Source: an uncultured Methanoregulaceae archaeon (GTDB lineage: Archaea; Halobacteriota; Methanomicrobia; Methanomicrobiales; Methanospirillaceae). From it: a stretch of 64,000 nt of DNA. The stretch is taken from contig OY969564.1 in assembly GCA_963701095.1 (NCBI GenBank), positions 480,001-544,000 on the forward strand, written 5' to 3'. The notes under the pieces were generated by a model. That model ran no database searches, was not told where the DNA came from, and saw only the letters and a program-made list of their open reading frames with translations. A program made the position numbers and the translations under genes. Of this stretch, positions 29,321-40,531 are shown piece after piece (position 1 is the stretch's first letter; the number at the start of each line of letters is the position of its first letter).

Positions 29321-30718
29321 ATGGTCGGGAATGGTTTATCCAAACCGCATCAAATAAAGCTATTAAAAAAGATTTTTCGTGTTAATATTTTTATATTTAT
29401 CTTTATATCGTTAATAATTTATACAGTTAATGCAGCTGTTCCGCTCTCACTTTTTAATGCCACTCCACGATCCGGGATGGAACCGCTTGCTGTATCATTT
29501 TCTGATCTTTCAAAAGGTCATCCAACTGGCTTGGCCTGGTTCTTTGGAGATGAAAATTTTTCAGAACCATGGACAGAGATGAACGTTAGTCCCGGATGGG
29601 CCGCAAGATGGGGTCAGGCAAGTGTCGTCATGCCAGATGGGAATATCGTTCTCATGGGAGGTTTCATCGGGAATGGCCAGGTAGTTGGCAGTGATCGATA
29701 TACGAACGATACGTGGCGATCGACCGATGAGGGTGCTTCTTGGGAACTAATGAATACAAGCCCCGGATGGTCAATACGGGGATACGAAAACGGTGTTGCA
29801 ATGCCAGATGGAAAAATTATTTTAATGGGGGGATATGGTCCTTATGGCTATTTTAATGACGTTTGGCGATCTAGCGACGAAGGAACAACATGGGACATAG
29901 TAAATGCAAGTCCCGGGTGGTCTCCTAGGTTTGGCCAAAGCAGTGTTGTCATGCCAGATGGAACTATCGTCATCATGGGGGGATACGGCTTTTATGATTT
30001 TGATAATGATGTCTGGAAATCTTCCAATGAAGGCGCAACCTGGATGGAGGTAAACGCGAGTCCGGGGTGGTCAAAACGCTATTCGCAAAGCAGCATTGTA
30101 ACCCCGGATGGCGATATAATTCTTTTCGGCGGTTATGATTCCGGTAAAAACTACATGAACGATGTCTGGCGTTCAACTGATGAAGGCGCAACCTGGACGG
30201 AGGAAAACACAAGCGCCAGCTGGTCGCCGCGACATGGACAATGTAGTGTTATGATTCCCGATGGCAGTATCATCATGATGGGTGGAAGAATTAGTACTGG
30301 CGGTTATAAGAATGATATTTGGAGATCTACGGATAAGGGAGAAACGTGGACACAAATCAATGAAAGTGCCGGCTGGCCGGAGAGAGCTGCTTTTAGCTGC
30401 GTGGCAATACCCAATGGCAATATTGTCTTGATGGGAGGGTACGATCTTAGTTCTTTCAAGAATGACGTGTGGCGAGTCGGTACAGCCGGATCATTCGAAG
30501 AAAATCCGATTCACATTTACAATGTACCAGGAATATATCAGGTATCCTTGGTTGTTTACAATTCAGATGGTTTCAACACTTTGCTAAAGCCTGAATATAT
30601 CTCGGTTACCGGATTCTGCGATTCCTGCAAAGCAGATACATATCCAGCGTTTTCTATCGCAGTGATAGGTAGTATTGTTCTTGTCGTATCCTTTGTATGG
30701 TGGCGAAAAAATCGTTGA
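29321..30718 (+). CDS. Surface protein with six Kelch-like repeats inserted within a PKD domain; C-terminal TM anchor
   Basis: Six repeats of W..(M/V)N.SPGW..R.G...V.MPDG.I.LMGG....ND.WRS.D.G..; PKD halves FNATPRSG..PLAVSFSD...WFFGD and NPIHIYNVPGIYQVSLVVYN. Confidence 0.8.
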   Translation: MVGNGLSKPHQIKLLKKIFRVNIFIFIFISLIIYTVNAAVPLSLFNATPRSGMEPLAVSFSDLSKGHPTGLAWFFGDENFSEPWTEMNVSPGWAARWGQASVVMPDGNIVLMGGFIGNGQVVGSDRYTNDTWRSTDEGASWELMNTSPGWSIRGYENGVAMPDGKIILMGGYGPYGYFNDVWRSSDEGTTWDIVNASPGWSPRFGQSSVVMPDGTIVIMGGYGFYDFDNDVWKSSNEGATWMEVNASPGWSKRYSQSSIVTPDGDIILFGGYDSGKNYMNDVWRSTDEGATWTEENTSASWSPRHGQCSVMIPDGSIIMMGGRISTGGYKNDIWRSTDKGETWTQINESAGWPERAAFSCVAIPNGNIVLMGGYDLSSFKNDVWRVGTAGSFEENPIHIYNVPGIYQVSLVVYNSDGFNTLLKPEYISVTGFCDSCKADTYPAFSIAVIGSIVLVVSFVWWRKNR

Positions 30719-30806
30719 CCATGCAGATGGAAATTAATTAGGGATCATTTCAAGTGGCCCTTAGGGCGGCCAGAAAGTGACGTACCAGAAAATTGTATAA
30801 AAATCT

Positions 30807-31283
30807 CTACAAATTTTTCAGGGCCACGAGGTCGCGGACTCCTACCAGTTTCCAGACAAGCGATCGTTCCTCTTCTGCTATTTTTGCCGGGGGATCAGTT
30901 GGTGAGTGACCGAGTGCAGCAAGGATATTGCAGGAGAGCTTGCGTTCCACGATCAGATCAACAAATTTTTCCCGGATAATCTTCTTTTCAATGGAGTCAT
31001 TTACCTCTTCAAGATATCCCTGTAATGTAACAAAGGTATATGACGAGAGATCTTTTGTGTATTTTTCTATCTCCACTGAAGCATGAGGACTTTTCTTGAA
31101 ATATTCCTGCTTCTTTCCGTATTTGGTGGATAAAAAATACATAAAAGATCCATCGAATACGTACAGGAATGGCGCTATGTAAGGGTATTTCTCTCCCTGA
31201 AATGCAATCCGGCACACATATCCCTTTTCGATCAACCGGTCATATTCCTGCTTTTCCATACGGGGGATCTTAACGACATCCAT
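30807..31283 (-). CDS. Pyridoxamine 5'-phosphate oxidase-like (NimA-like) flavin-binding protein
   Basis: VCRIAF...YPYIAP..Y......YF.....GKK......P.ASVEIE; ATG 31283 preferred. Confidence 0.8.
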   Translation of the reverse strand: MDVVKIPRMEKQEYDRLIEKGYVCRIAFQGEKYPYIAPFLYVFDGSFMYFLSTKYGKKQEYFKKSPHASVEIEKYTKDLSSYTFVTLQGYLEEVNDSIEKKIIREKFVDLIVERKLSCNILAALGHSPTDPPAKIAEEERSLVWKLVGVRDLVALKNL

Positions 31284-31394
31284 ATATCCGCACCAATTTG
31301 GATTCTGACGGGGAGCTGATAAATCTTCGTAAATCTGCTTGAAGCACAACTCACCTTCCGAATGTATTTTTTTTATTTTTCAAAGATTCAGTTT

Positions 31395-32713
31395 TTAATC
31401 TACGTACGAGTAACGGAGAAACAGAGGTTTTCCCGAGGGTAATATCCTTTCCCGGATGGTTTGGCAAATCTCTTTCAGGCTCACCGGGCAATATCCTATA
31501 ACCTCGACACTGACGTTAATCCTTTTTGAAATGGGATCGATAAACGGGAACGCGCAGAGATCATTATTATGATGGTGTCCATGTATGATCCAGCCGGAAA
31601 AACCGGCGGAGCGTCGTTCGGATCGTGCAAAAGAAGAAATTCCCGTCCTTCATAGGTCAAATGCACTGATTGAACTGCTGATTCTGTATTTCTGTCGTCG
31701 TTCCCGGCAACAAACGTAATAGTGCCATTAAGGAGAGCGCGATACTCTGATTCGAGGCATGCTTCTCTTCCATGTCGAAGATCACCAATGAAATATACAT
31801 GATCGCCCTGAGAAACAGAATAATTCCAGTTTGTTATAAGTGTTCGATCCATTTCGATAACGTCAGACGGGACAAACGGACGTGAACAGTAACGGATTAT
31901 ATTGGTATGGCCCAGATGAAGATCTGAGATAAGGTAAATTTCACCGGGGTCGTGATCTAACGGTCCTTTGAGTTCAAATCCTGCATATCGGCGGTATAAT
32001 GTCATGGTTTTCTGCCATGAAAAAGGATCACGGATTTCATCGGCATTGAGCCACCGTTTTTGGAGAAGATCATACTCGCCAAGAATATCATCATTATGCA
32101 TGACCGTAATCCGAAGACCTGCATCGTCAATAAAAACGGGATGCACTTTTTTGTACTGTTTTTTGATTCCTGCCATTGTAGCTAACCTTACAAAGAAAGA
32201 GGAAAGTTGAAAGGAAATTGAACTTGAGGAATGCAGTGAAAAATCGGTTTTTGACATTGCAGCAAGACCATTGAAAACTTCTTCTGCTTTTCCCGGAGGA
32301 AGGCGATTTGCTATAGTGGCATGGAACCATTTTTTATCAGCCTGCAGATCCCACGCATTAAGGCTGATAGTCAAGCAGGAAAGTTTCTGGCTGATTAAAG
32401 AAGTTAATTTCACAAGTTCCGGGGAGGGCTTGACAGAAAATGCGACTACACCACCGTGAATTCCGTCACGCTGCTCCCATGAACCGATCATAAATGGAAT
32501 CGGACCTATACCCGAAGCGCATGAACCAATTATTTGAAGGATATCTTTTGAGTGTACAGGATTATCAAGCGTAAAAGGACCGTACAGGGTAATATGTGGA
32601 TGTCTTTCCTGGTGATCTTCAACATTGAATTTTTGTGCAATGGCTTGTATGGTTTCTTTTATCCGCCATCTGGTCCGTGCAAGACGGATCTCGACAAGAT
32701 ACGTATCTTCCAT
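31395..32713 (-). CDS. 2H phosphoesterase (2'-5' RNA ligase-like) fused to a calcineurin-like metallophosphoesterase; frameshift at about 31595
   Basis: HxT motifs PHITL and FHATI; ISDLHLGH, FIGDL, AGNDD, LLHDP; the other frame continues GWIIHGHHHNND...RINVSVE...YVD*. Confidence 0.8.
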
Positions 32714-32923
32714 TTCATTATCTTCCGTAGATATTGGTCTATTAGTGGCAGCGGGTTAAAATGCTGCGTAGGAGATTTAAACGTTCTGGAAAAATCCGTA
32801 TTTCTGGTACTAAGTTTGAAAGGAACATTTAAGATCCGAGTGGTTTTTTTAAACCAGCTAAGTAAGTTCTCCATATTGAGTAAAAACTGTAAAAAATAGA
32901 CGGTCTATCTCCTTCCAGTTTTC

Positions 32924-33637
32924 TTAATATTTCTTTTTGACGGCAATATACCAAAGTACAATAGCGACGCAAACTATCACTCCCATCACAATTTCAACGG
33001 CATATTTTACATAGAAGGGTGTTTCCGTCGCTGCCACTTGTTCAGCAAGGTTTATGTTTGCCTGAAGGTTGGGATAATTGGGATCCAAAGTTTCCACGTG
33101 CTGGAACGCAATCAGGCCTTCTGTGCATTTATTCATGCCGCAGAGTGCATATGCTTTGTTAAACCAGGCATCGGCATTATCCGGGTCAACACTGATGGCT
33201 TGACTAAACGCATCCAGCTGCCGGCTGTAGTACAGATTTGCAGCAGCATTTTCGTTAAGTTGTCGCTGATAATAAGAGCCGATATTATAGAGTATCTGCC
33301 CATTGTTTATCCATGCTGCTGCAGAAGATCCATTTAGTGCCAGCGATCGGTTGGACGCATCCAGTGCCGAATTGAGGGTGGCAAGCGGGTCTGCTGTATA
33401 GAAGTTTTCCCGGTTAAGGACATCAGCAATACCATTCCACGCTGCGGCATTTGTGGGATCAAGAGTGAGTGACTGATTATAGGCGAAGAGTGCTCCGGAA
33501 TAATTCCCCATAGCGGTAAGATTCTGCCCCGTCGCAAACCATCCAGCTGCATCAGTTGGATCCGATAGTACCGGAGAAACAGCAAAGGTGCACAAAACAA
33601 ACAGTATCAGCACAAGAACATTAGATCGGGATATCAT
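32924..33637 (-). CDS. Exported tetratricopeptide-repeat protein with C-terminal TM anchor
   Basis: Signal-like N-terminus; TPR repeats (LDPTNAAAWNG, VDPDNADAWFNKA); TM followed by KKKY. Confidence 0.8.
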   Translation of the reverse strand: MISRSNVLVLILFVLCTFAVSPVLSDPTDAAGWFATGQNLTAMGNYSGALFAYNQSLTLDPTNAAAWNGIADVLNRENFYTADPLATLNSALDASNRSLALNGSSAAAWINNGQILYNIGSYYQRQLNENAAANLYYSRQLDAFSQAISVDPDNADAWFNKAYALCGMNKCTEGLIAFQHVETLDPNYPNLQANINLAEQVAATETPFYVKYAVEIVMGVIVCVAIVLWYIAVKKKY

Positions 33638-33687
33638 AACACGAAATATATGAGTTACGATTCCCTCATTAAAATTGCCCTTCCTTT

Positions 33688-34656
33688 TCATTTTTTAAGT
33701 ACGAGGATATGACGTGTGAGACTTTTGTGGACCCGCTGGGTGTGGTGCTGAATGATGGTCATATGTTGTGTTGCAATTCCTGAAATGTCTTTATGGGTTA
33801 CAACAGTTGCACGGCAATCTGGCTTCAGTATGCGCTTAATTTCATCGAGCGCATCATGATACAAGCGTTCCATGGTATCCGTTTTTTTAATGCAAACTGA
33901 CTGGCCATAAGGAAAATCCGTCACGACCGCATCTACCGACCGATCCTGTAAGGGAAGCGCTGTGGTATCGGCAAGAAGAAGGGAGTCTGTTTGCACATTT
34001 TCCTTGCAGCCCCGGATCATAAGGGGATCAAAATCACTTCCCACCGCACAGATCCCCAGCATTTCAGCTTCGATAAGAATCCCACCCGTACCGCAGAATG
34101 GATCGAGGAGAACTGCCCCAGAACGACAAAGTGAGAGGTTGACAAGTGTCCGGGCCATACGGGGCATCATGACCCCGGGATGGAAAAAATCCCTTTTTCC
34201 CGGGTTACGACTGTCATATCCCCCCCTATCGATCCGGAACAAAACTTTTCCGAAATAACACCGGTCTCCGGAAATGATAGCACGGTATTCCTCATCCGGT
34301 TTGATAAGCTGTACAGGTCCTGAAATCATTGTGCCGATCATGCATTCAAATTCCCGCTGGGAACAGGTGTTTTTCTCCTGACAACTTTCATGAACAAGCT
34401 TGGCTCTCCCGGCAAACAGTTTATTGGTTGTAAGAGAAAGATCGGAGAGGAGACGCCGGAATGAGCCGATATCCGGGTTACACTCGCCAAGGTACTCGAG
34501 TACGACATGAGTCATTGCCAGACGTTTGGCCTCTTCTGGTTTGGGGCATTCGGCAACAGCGACCTGAGGACGTGTATCGAGAACTAATGCTACGCAGGCG
34601 ATCTCAGCTACCGGGAGCGTCGGATTTTCTCCAGACAGCTCAAAAAGAAGCTTCAT
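33688..34656 (-). CDS. trmG10: tRNA (guanine(10)-N2)-methyltransferase, Trm11/Trm-G10 family
   Basis: FELSGE start, FFHPGVMMPRMARTLVN, LDPFCGTGGILIEA, VTDFPYG, RVHKSLTR. Confidence 0.88.
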   Translation of the reverse strand: MKLLFELSGENPTLPVAEIACVALVLDTRPQVAVAECPKPEEAKRLAMTHVVLEYLGECNPDIGSFRRLLSDLSLTTNKLFAGRAKLVHESCQEKNTCSQREFECMIGTMISGPVQLIKPDEEYRAIISGDRCYFGKVLFRIDRGGYDSRNPGKRDFFHPGVMMPRMARTLVNLSLCRSGAVLLDPFCGTGGILIEAEMLGICAVGSDFDPLMIRGCKENVQTDSLLLADTTALPLQDRSVDAVVTDFPYGQSVCIKKTDTMERLYHDALDEIKRILKPDCRATVVTHKDISGIATQHMTIIQHHTQRVHKSLTRHILVLKK

Positions 34657-34731
34657 CTTGCGAAATATAGATCGTTTGGGCACAAATACCTGTGCGAAAC
34701 GCCAAAAGACAGGAGTACCTGTTTTAAAAAA

Positions 34732-37365
34732 TTAGTTTATTGTAAGACCCTGTTCGATGGCATCGTTGGATACATTGAATGTAGTTGCGGTTCCTTCAAT
34801 TTGGTAGGGACCTGTTGCCGTTACACCGGAATTACTTCCGATTGTAGCATAGGGTACGATAAATTCACCATTTACACTCTCTTGACGGTAGGTAAAGTTC
34901 CTGCCAGTGTTCGTCGTCAGCGGAACCTCAATAATACCCGATCCTTTGATATGAGCGCCTTTCACATATTCGAAGATTTTAACATAGCGAATATCGGTTG
35001 TATTGGAGCTGTATGCGGTAGTAGGGGATTCATGAATTAGACGGTAGTGCTGAAGTGCCGGTAAATCTGTCGTTGGAGATGAGAACTGAATGTTGAGCGC
35101 GGCTGCATGGTAACCCGGCTGAGCCTGCTGGTTGTATTGTTCAGCAGAGGTTATGGCGTCTGAAGCGTTCATTTCTTTTACGTTCACTATCTCGGGAAGG
35201 GATGTCTGGGTAACCGAAGGATCTGAATATTCAACATAATATGCCGAACCGGCTGGTACCATTGAACCATCATAGTTGTGGAGCCGGGAGATCATGGTGG
35301 AATAATAGGACGGTTCGTTGAGCGTTACTGATTGGTATTCGTTTGGATTTGATGTAGATGGCGCTAGAAGGTTCAACTGAAAGGTGTCAGGAGTTGCATT
35401 GGGATTTAACAGGCTGTACCACGTAGACATTGCGTAAAACTTCCCGGTATCCATTTCGACATCGGTTACCACATACTTCGTTCCATCGTCATCGAGGATC
35501 TTATTTGCTGTGTCTTCCGAAGCTGCCATGAAATATGCTGCTGATCCGTCTGAACCGGTAACTCCTGCCTGGAACGGGTTTGCATTGGGGATCCTGTGGG
35601 CAATGTAAGTGATCATATGTCCATAGTCCCACCACGACATTACGCCGTAGGAAGTATTCGGATATTTAAATATGTCTTTGTTGTAGATCGTGTAATAATT
35701 CACACCGGGATCCGGCGTATTATTTCCCATCCATAAAAGCGATTCCTTCCAATCCGGGTTAATGCCACCTGTATCGCTGGATGCAACTTCATAGTTTTGC
35801 ATAACTGAAGTAATAACGAAAAGGAATGAAAGAATTATAGCAGCAAATAAAATAATCATGGCTGGAACGTCATCATGAACATGTTTCTCTTTCTTTGCTT
35901 TCGCAGCTTTACTCCGTGTCTTTTTTGATTTTTCTCGTTTTTCAGGCTCATTAATTGATTCTTCCTGATTTTCTCCAGCTGATACTCGACCAAATAAATC
36001 TCGGAACCTGCGGAGCAGGTGTTGTCCCCCATAGTCCCATGCATTACTAAGACATAGGGCTGACAAGAGGGCAATATTGACCGCAAAATAGTACTCATAC
36101 TTGATCCGTTGCACCGTACAAATCAACATGGCACAAGACCAGATAAGAAGAAATACTTCGCCCTGGTCCTCTTTTTTAAACGTCTCCCAGATGAGGAGGA
36201 GCATTCCACCGGCAGCGAGGATTAAGCCATAATTGAAAGTAGACCATGCCCGGACCAGAGTCCAGGGCATATCTTCCTCAACGGTTGATATGATCGGTGC
36301 CTGACCAAAAAACCCTATAAGACCATTGGTAAACTCTGAAAACAATGCTGGGAACAGGAGAGCTAGAATCACCGAGAAAAAGCAGGCTATCCCTGCAAGT
36401 GAAGCAATGTAGTAGTATTTGCTCTTACCTTTGAGGTAGTCTGACCAGAGGTAGAGAAAGATGCTTGCCACAACGAGGAGGGCATATGCAAGAATTGGGC
36501 CTAATGTATAACGGGAGAGATCCAGACCAGTGTCTTTAAATCCGAACAATAAGAGGCAGATTATAACGACCCCGAAAACAACGGTATTGACAAATGCGAG
36601 ATACTGGTTTGAGAGAGATCGGTGATGATTGACTACAGCCTGGACAAAGGTGAAAACTGCAGTAATGAGTGCAAACACTATCATTGTCTCAATGTTTATA
36701 AGACCTGCAAAGAATGCGAGACCGGAAAGAACGGAAAATAAAAGCACTTTTCGGTATGTCGAGAAATCGGTGATTTCGATTTTTATCTTTTTTGCTTTCA
36801 TCAAAGTATAGAGATAAAGAAGACAGAAAAGCGCACTGAACAGGGTTTCGCCGATATGATGGTATAAGGATCCATATAATGATCGGAAAAAAAACTGCCC
36901 GGATACCATAGCTATCATTAAAGCAGCAAAAAGTCCGGTCTTCCAGTCCGCAACGGTCTTACCTAGCCAATACATGACAAAAACCATAGCTATTGCTTCA
37001 AGAACGGGGATGAAAAGTGAAACAGTAATAATCTCGGCCGGTGTTGTCGCATGGACAATAATTGCCGCAATTGAACAGAGATATGTCAGCATTGGTCCCC
37101 AGTATACTGTTGTACCAACCGGGTACTGGCTCATGGGATCAAACCATGCATAACTGGGGAAATTTGCGAGGGTTAGGTCAATCTGACGTAGAGCATAGAG
37201 AGGGTCATCTGGCTGCACGAGATTAAACACATCGCCATTCCCGAGATTGAGCAGGGGAATGATCCTGATCCAGAACATAAATAAGGCAAAAATTGCCAGA
37301 AGTGCCAGGATAATATATGACCGGTGTTTAGGGTTGTCGAATAATGCCAACAAATTCACCACCAA
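34732..37365 (-). CDS. aglB: Oligosaccharyltransferase AglB (STT3 family)
   Basis: DDPLY loop, about 13 TM, TVEE, VMSWWDYGH, PNANPFQAG, GKFYAM. Confidence 0.95.
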   Translation of the reverse strand: MVVNLLALFDNPKHRSYIILALLAIFALFMFWIRIIPLLNLGNGDVFNLVQPDDPLYALRQIDLTLANFPSYAWFDPMSQYPVGTTVYWGPMLTYLCSIAAIIVHATTPAEIITVSLFIPVLEAIAMVFVMYWLGKTVADWKTGLFAALMIAMVSGQFFFRSLYGSLYHHIGETLFSALFCLLYLYTLMKAKKIKIEITDFSTYRKVLLFSVLSGLAFFAGLINIETMIVFALITAVFTFVQAVVNHHRSLSNQYLAFVNTVVFGVVIICLLLFGFKDTGLDLSRYTLGPILAYALLVVASIFLYLWSDYLKGKSKYYYIASLAGIACFFSVILALLFPALFSEFTNGLIGFFGQAPIISTVEEDMPWTLVRAWSTFNYGLILAAGGMLLLIWETFKKEDQGEVFLLIWSCAMLICTVQRIKYEYYFAVNIALLSALCLSNAWDYGGQHLLRRFRDLFGRVSAGENQEESINEPEKREKSKKTRSKAAKAKKEKHVHDDVPAMIILFAAIILSFLFVITSVMQNYEVASSDTGGINPDWKESLLWMGNNTPDPGVNYYTIYNKDIFKYPNTSYGVMSWWDYGHMITYIAHRIPNANPFQAGVTGSDGSAAYFMAASEDTANKILDDDGTKYVVTDVEMDTGKFYAMSTWYSLLNPNATPDTFQLNLLAPSTSNPNEYQSVTLNEPSYYSTMISRLHNYDGSMVPAGSAYYVEYSDPSVTQTSLPEIVNVKEMNASDAITSAEQYNQQAQPGYHAAALNIQFSSPTTDLPALQHYRLIHESPTTAYSSNTTDIRYVKIFEYVKGAHIKGSGIIEVPLTTNTGRNFTYRQESVNGEFIVPYATIGSNSGVTATGPYQIEGTATTFNVSNDAIEQGLTIN

Positions 37366-37494
37366 GAATACTAAAAACTCTTAATTTGTTGATGGATAAG
37401 GTTGTTTATAGGTAACTTCTGTATGTCCACTTAATTCCTTCCGTAAGAGAAATGTAAATGTGCTAAAAAATGTGATTATAGTTAGGAAAAATAG

Positions 37495-38619
37495 TTACTT
37501 CTTTCCTTTTTTCTTTCCCATTATGCCAGAAAAGATCCCACCCGTTTTACTATCATGGCCTTCAAGCTCTGCAAGTTTCTGGTAGATCTCTTTTGCTTCT
37601 CCGGACACTCCTTTTGGAGTGATAATTTTTACCCGTACAAGAAGATCGCCATGTTTCCCGCGTCTTTTTACTCCTTCCCCGGCTATCCGGAGTGCCGTAT
37701 TATACTGAATGCCAGCCGGGACTTTCAGATCAATGTGGCGTTTGTCTATCGTTTCGATCTCAACAGTTGTTCCAAGTACGGCCATAGCCGGGGTTATCTC
37801 AATTACGGTCTCAAGATTGTCTCCGAGACGTTCAAAGCGTGCATGCGGAAGCACATACATCTCGATGAAAAGATCACCGTTTGGTGCACCGTAATCACCG
37901 GCCTCACCATATCCCTCCATTCTCAGGCGCATCCCACTGTCTACACCAGCAGGTATATGGACCGTCACTTTCCGTTTAGCCCGCGTGTGCCCGCTGCCAT
38001 GGCACTCACGGCATTGCCGCTCCGGGATCTTTCCCCTGCCCCCGCACATTGTACACGGTGTCATACGAACAAACTGGCCAAAAACGGACTGCTGGGTCTG
38101 CCGCATCTGTCCGCTCCCGCCACAACGGGGACAGATATTAGTCTTCTTTGTTTCGCTTCCCGATCCAGCACATGCTGGGCAGGTTTCACTGTGCAGGACA
38201 TCGATCTCCTTGTCTGTTCCAGATACTGCTTCTTCAAGCGTTATTTGCATGCGCATGAGGAGATCGGCGCCGGGTTGTGGACCTGCCCTTCGCTGGCTTC
38301 CGCCAAAAAAATCGAAAATATCACCAAAACCCGAAAAATCCGATGAGAACCCGCCGCTGTACCCACCCGCGCCGGTATAGGATCCTTTCGAGGCATTAGT
38401 AAACGTTTCATGGCCCATGTTGTCATACTGCGCCCTTTTCTGGGCATCTGAAAGAACGCTGTATGCTTCGTTTATGGATTTGAATTTCTCTTCTGCTCCA
38501 GGATCTTTGCAAACATCCGGGTGAAATTTCCGGGCGAGATTGCGGTAGGCTTTCTGAATCTCCTTTTCGTCGGCCGTCCTCGGTACTCCGAGGGTGTCAT
38601 AGTAATCGCCCGAAGCCAT
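37495..38619 (-). CDS. dnaJ: Chaperone DnaJ
   Basis: J domain with HPD, G/F-rich region, four CxxCxGxG repeats. Confidence 0.98.
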   Translation of the reverse strand: MASGDYYDTLGVPRTADEKEIQKAYRNLARKFHPDVCKDPGAEEKFKSINEAYSVLSDAQKRAQYDNMGHETFTNASKGSYTGAGGYSGGFSSDFSGFGDIFDFFGGSQRRAGPQPGADLLMRMQITLEEAVSGTDKEIDVLHSETCPACAGSGSETKKTNICPRCGGSGQMRQTQQSVFGQFVRMTPCTMCGGRGKIPERQCRECHGSGHTRAKRKVTVHIPAGVDSGMRLRMEGYGEAGDYGAPNGDLFIEMYVLPHARFERLGDNLETVIEITPAMAVLGTTVEIETIDKRHIDLKVPAGIQYNTALRIAGEGVKRRGKHGDLLVRVKIITPKGVSGEAKEIYQKLAELEGHDSKTGGIFSGIMGKKKGKK

Positions 38620-38625
38620 AAATGT

Positions 38626-40491
38626 TCACTCGTCTTTGACTTTGTAATCAGCATTGACTACATTATCATCTGATTTCTTTTCAGGCTCTTCAGTTGACGG
38701 GCCGGAACTGTCTCCAGGTTGAGCTCCCTGCTGGTGTGCAGTCTGTTCAGCCTGCATTTTCTGATAAATTTTCGTAGTCGCCGCGTAAACAGCCTCAGTA
38801 AGTGTTTCCATGGCCTTTTTGATTCCGTCAATATCTTCCCCGGAAAGGGCAGATTTTACCGCAGTAGCGCCTTCTTCTATTTTCTGTTTGTCTGCGGCAT
38901 CGATCTTATCGCCGCTTTCTTTGAGCATCTTTTCAGCGGTAAAGACTGCAGTATCAGCCTGGTTACGGATCTCAATTTCTTCTTTCTTTTTCTTGTCTTC
39001 TGCTTCGAACTGCTTTGCAGCGTTCATCATTTTTTTGATATCTTCCTCAGAGAGTTTCTTGTCTCCTTTGATAGAGATCGCCTGTTCGTTTCCTGACCCG
39101 AGATCCTTTGCTGATACATGAATAATACCATTCGAATCAATATCAAAGGCGACTTCGATCTGAGGGATACCACGGGGTGCTGGAGGGATACCGGTGAGCT
39201 GGAACTTGCCTAATGTAAAGTTATCTTTTGCAAGGGCACGTTCGCCCTGAACAACGTGGATTTCAACGCTGGTCTGTCCGTCCGCCGCTGTCGAGAATAT
39301 CTGGCTTTTACGGGTAGGAATGGTCGTGTTTCGCTCGATGAGTTTTGTCGCAATGCCACCGAGGGTTTCAATACCGAGTGTGAGAGGGGTCACATCAAGA
39401 AGGACTATGTCTTTTGTCTCGCCGGTCAGCACAGCTCCCTGGATACCTGCCCCAAGAGCCACACATTCATCCGGATTTATGCCTTTATCCGGCTCTTTAC
39501 CGAGTAGTTTTTTAACGGTTTCCTGCACAAGGGGAATACGGGTAGATCCTCCGACAAGAAGAACATGATCAATATCGTTTGCACTCATTTTTGCATCACT
39601 AAGTGCCTGATTCACCGGTCCAACGGTGGATCCTACAAGATCACCAATAAGTTGTTCGAGTTTCGAACGGGAAAGATCGATATTAAGGAATTTAGGGCCG
39701 GAAGCATCAGTTGTGATATAGGGCAAGTTGATATTTGTGGTCTGGCGCTGAGAGAGCTCGATCTTTGCATTCTCTGATGCGTCGCGAAGACGTTGCATGG
39801 CATAAATATCATTTTTAAGATCGATGCCTTCTTTCTTTTTGAACTCGTCAACGAGATAATCGGTGATAAGCTTATCAAAATCGTCGCCCCCGAGGTGATT
39901 ATTACCTGCAGTAGATTTAACTTCGAATACACCGTCACCAAGTGTAAGAATTGAGACATCAAACGTACCGCCCCCAAGATCGTACACCAGCACTGTCACG
40001 TCTTGTTCCTTGTCAATACCATAGGCAAGGGCGCTAGCCGTAGGCTCGTTGATAATGCGCATGACTTCGAGGCCGGCGATCTGTCCCGCATCCTTTGTGG
40101 CCTGCCGCTGTGCATCGTTAAAGTATGCCGGTACAGTAATGACTGCTTTTGAAATCTTCTCGCCCAGATAGGCCTCAGCGTCAACTTTCAGCTTCTGAAG
40201 GATCATCGCGGAAATTTCCTGCGGGGTATATTCTTTGTCGCCAATTTTTACTTTCTCGGAGGATCCCATCTTTCGCTTTATTGACTGGATTGTGCGCTGG
40301 GGGTTGGTTACTGACTGCCGTTTTGCAAGGCTGCCTACCAACCGTTCTCCGTCTTTGGTGAATGCAACCACAGAGGGTGTTGTTCGAGCTCCTTCACTGT
40401 TGGGAATAACGATAGGTTTACCTGCTTCCATAATTGACATGCAGGAAAAGGTGGTTCCCAGATCTATACCCAGAATTTTTTCATTTGCCAT
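38626..40491 (-). CDS. dnaK: Chaperone DnaK (Hsp70)
   Basis: [44 protein letters not shown]. Confidence 0.99.
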   Translation of the reverse strand: MANEKILGIDLGTTFSCMSIMEAGKPIVIPNSEGARTTPSVVAFTKDGERLVGSLAKRQSVTNPQRTIQSIKRKMGSSEKVKIGDKEYTPQEISAMILQKLKVDAEAYLGEKISKAVITVPAYFNDAQRQATKDAGQIAGLEVMRIINEPTASALAYGIDKEQDVTVLVYDLGGGTFDVSILTLGDGVFEVKSTAGNNHLGGDDFDKLITDYLVDEFKKKEGIDLKNDIYAMQRLRDASENAKIELSQRQTTNINLPYITTDASGPKFLNIDLSRSKLEQLIGDLVGSTVGPVNQALSDAKMSANDIDHVLLVGGSTRIPLVQETVKKLLGKEPDKGINPDECVALGAGIQGAVLTGETKDIVLLDVTPLTLGIETLGGIATKLIERNTTIPTRKSQIFSTAADGQTSVEIHVVQGERALAKDNFTLGKFQLTGIPPAPRGIPQIEVAFDIDSNGIIHVSAKDLGSGNEQAISIKGDKKLSEEDIKKMMNAAKQFEAEDKKKKEEIEIRNQADTAVFTAEKMLKESGDKIDAADKQKIEEGATAVKSALSGEDIDGIKKAMETLTEAVYAATTKIYQKMQAEQTAHQQGAQPGDSSGPSTEEPEKKSDDNVVNADYKVKDE

Positions 40492-40531
40492 AAGCATCAG
40501 TTCTCCATTATTTACGGCTCTTTTTTATTAT

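Noticed and set aside
29560..30480. Periodic DNA repeats as a possible CRISPR or non-coding array
   Set aside because: They are degenerate, in-frame, about 150-nt protein (Kelch-like) repeats, with no identical repeat-spacer structure or cas genes
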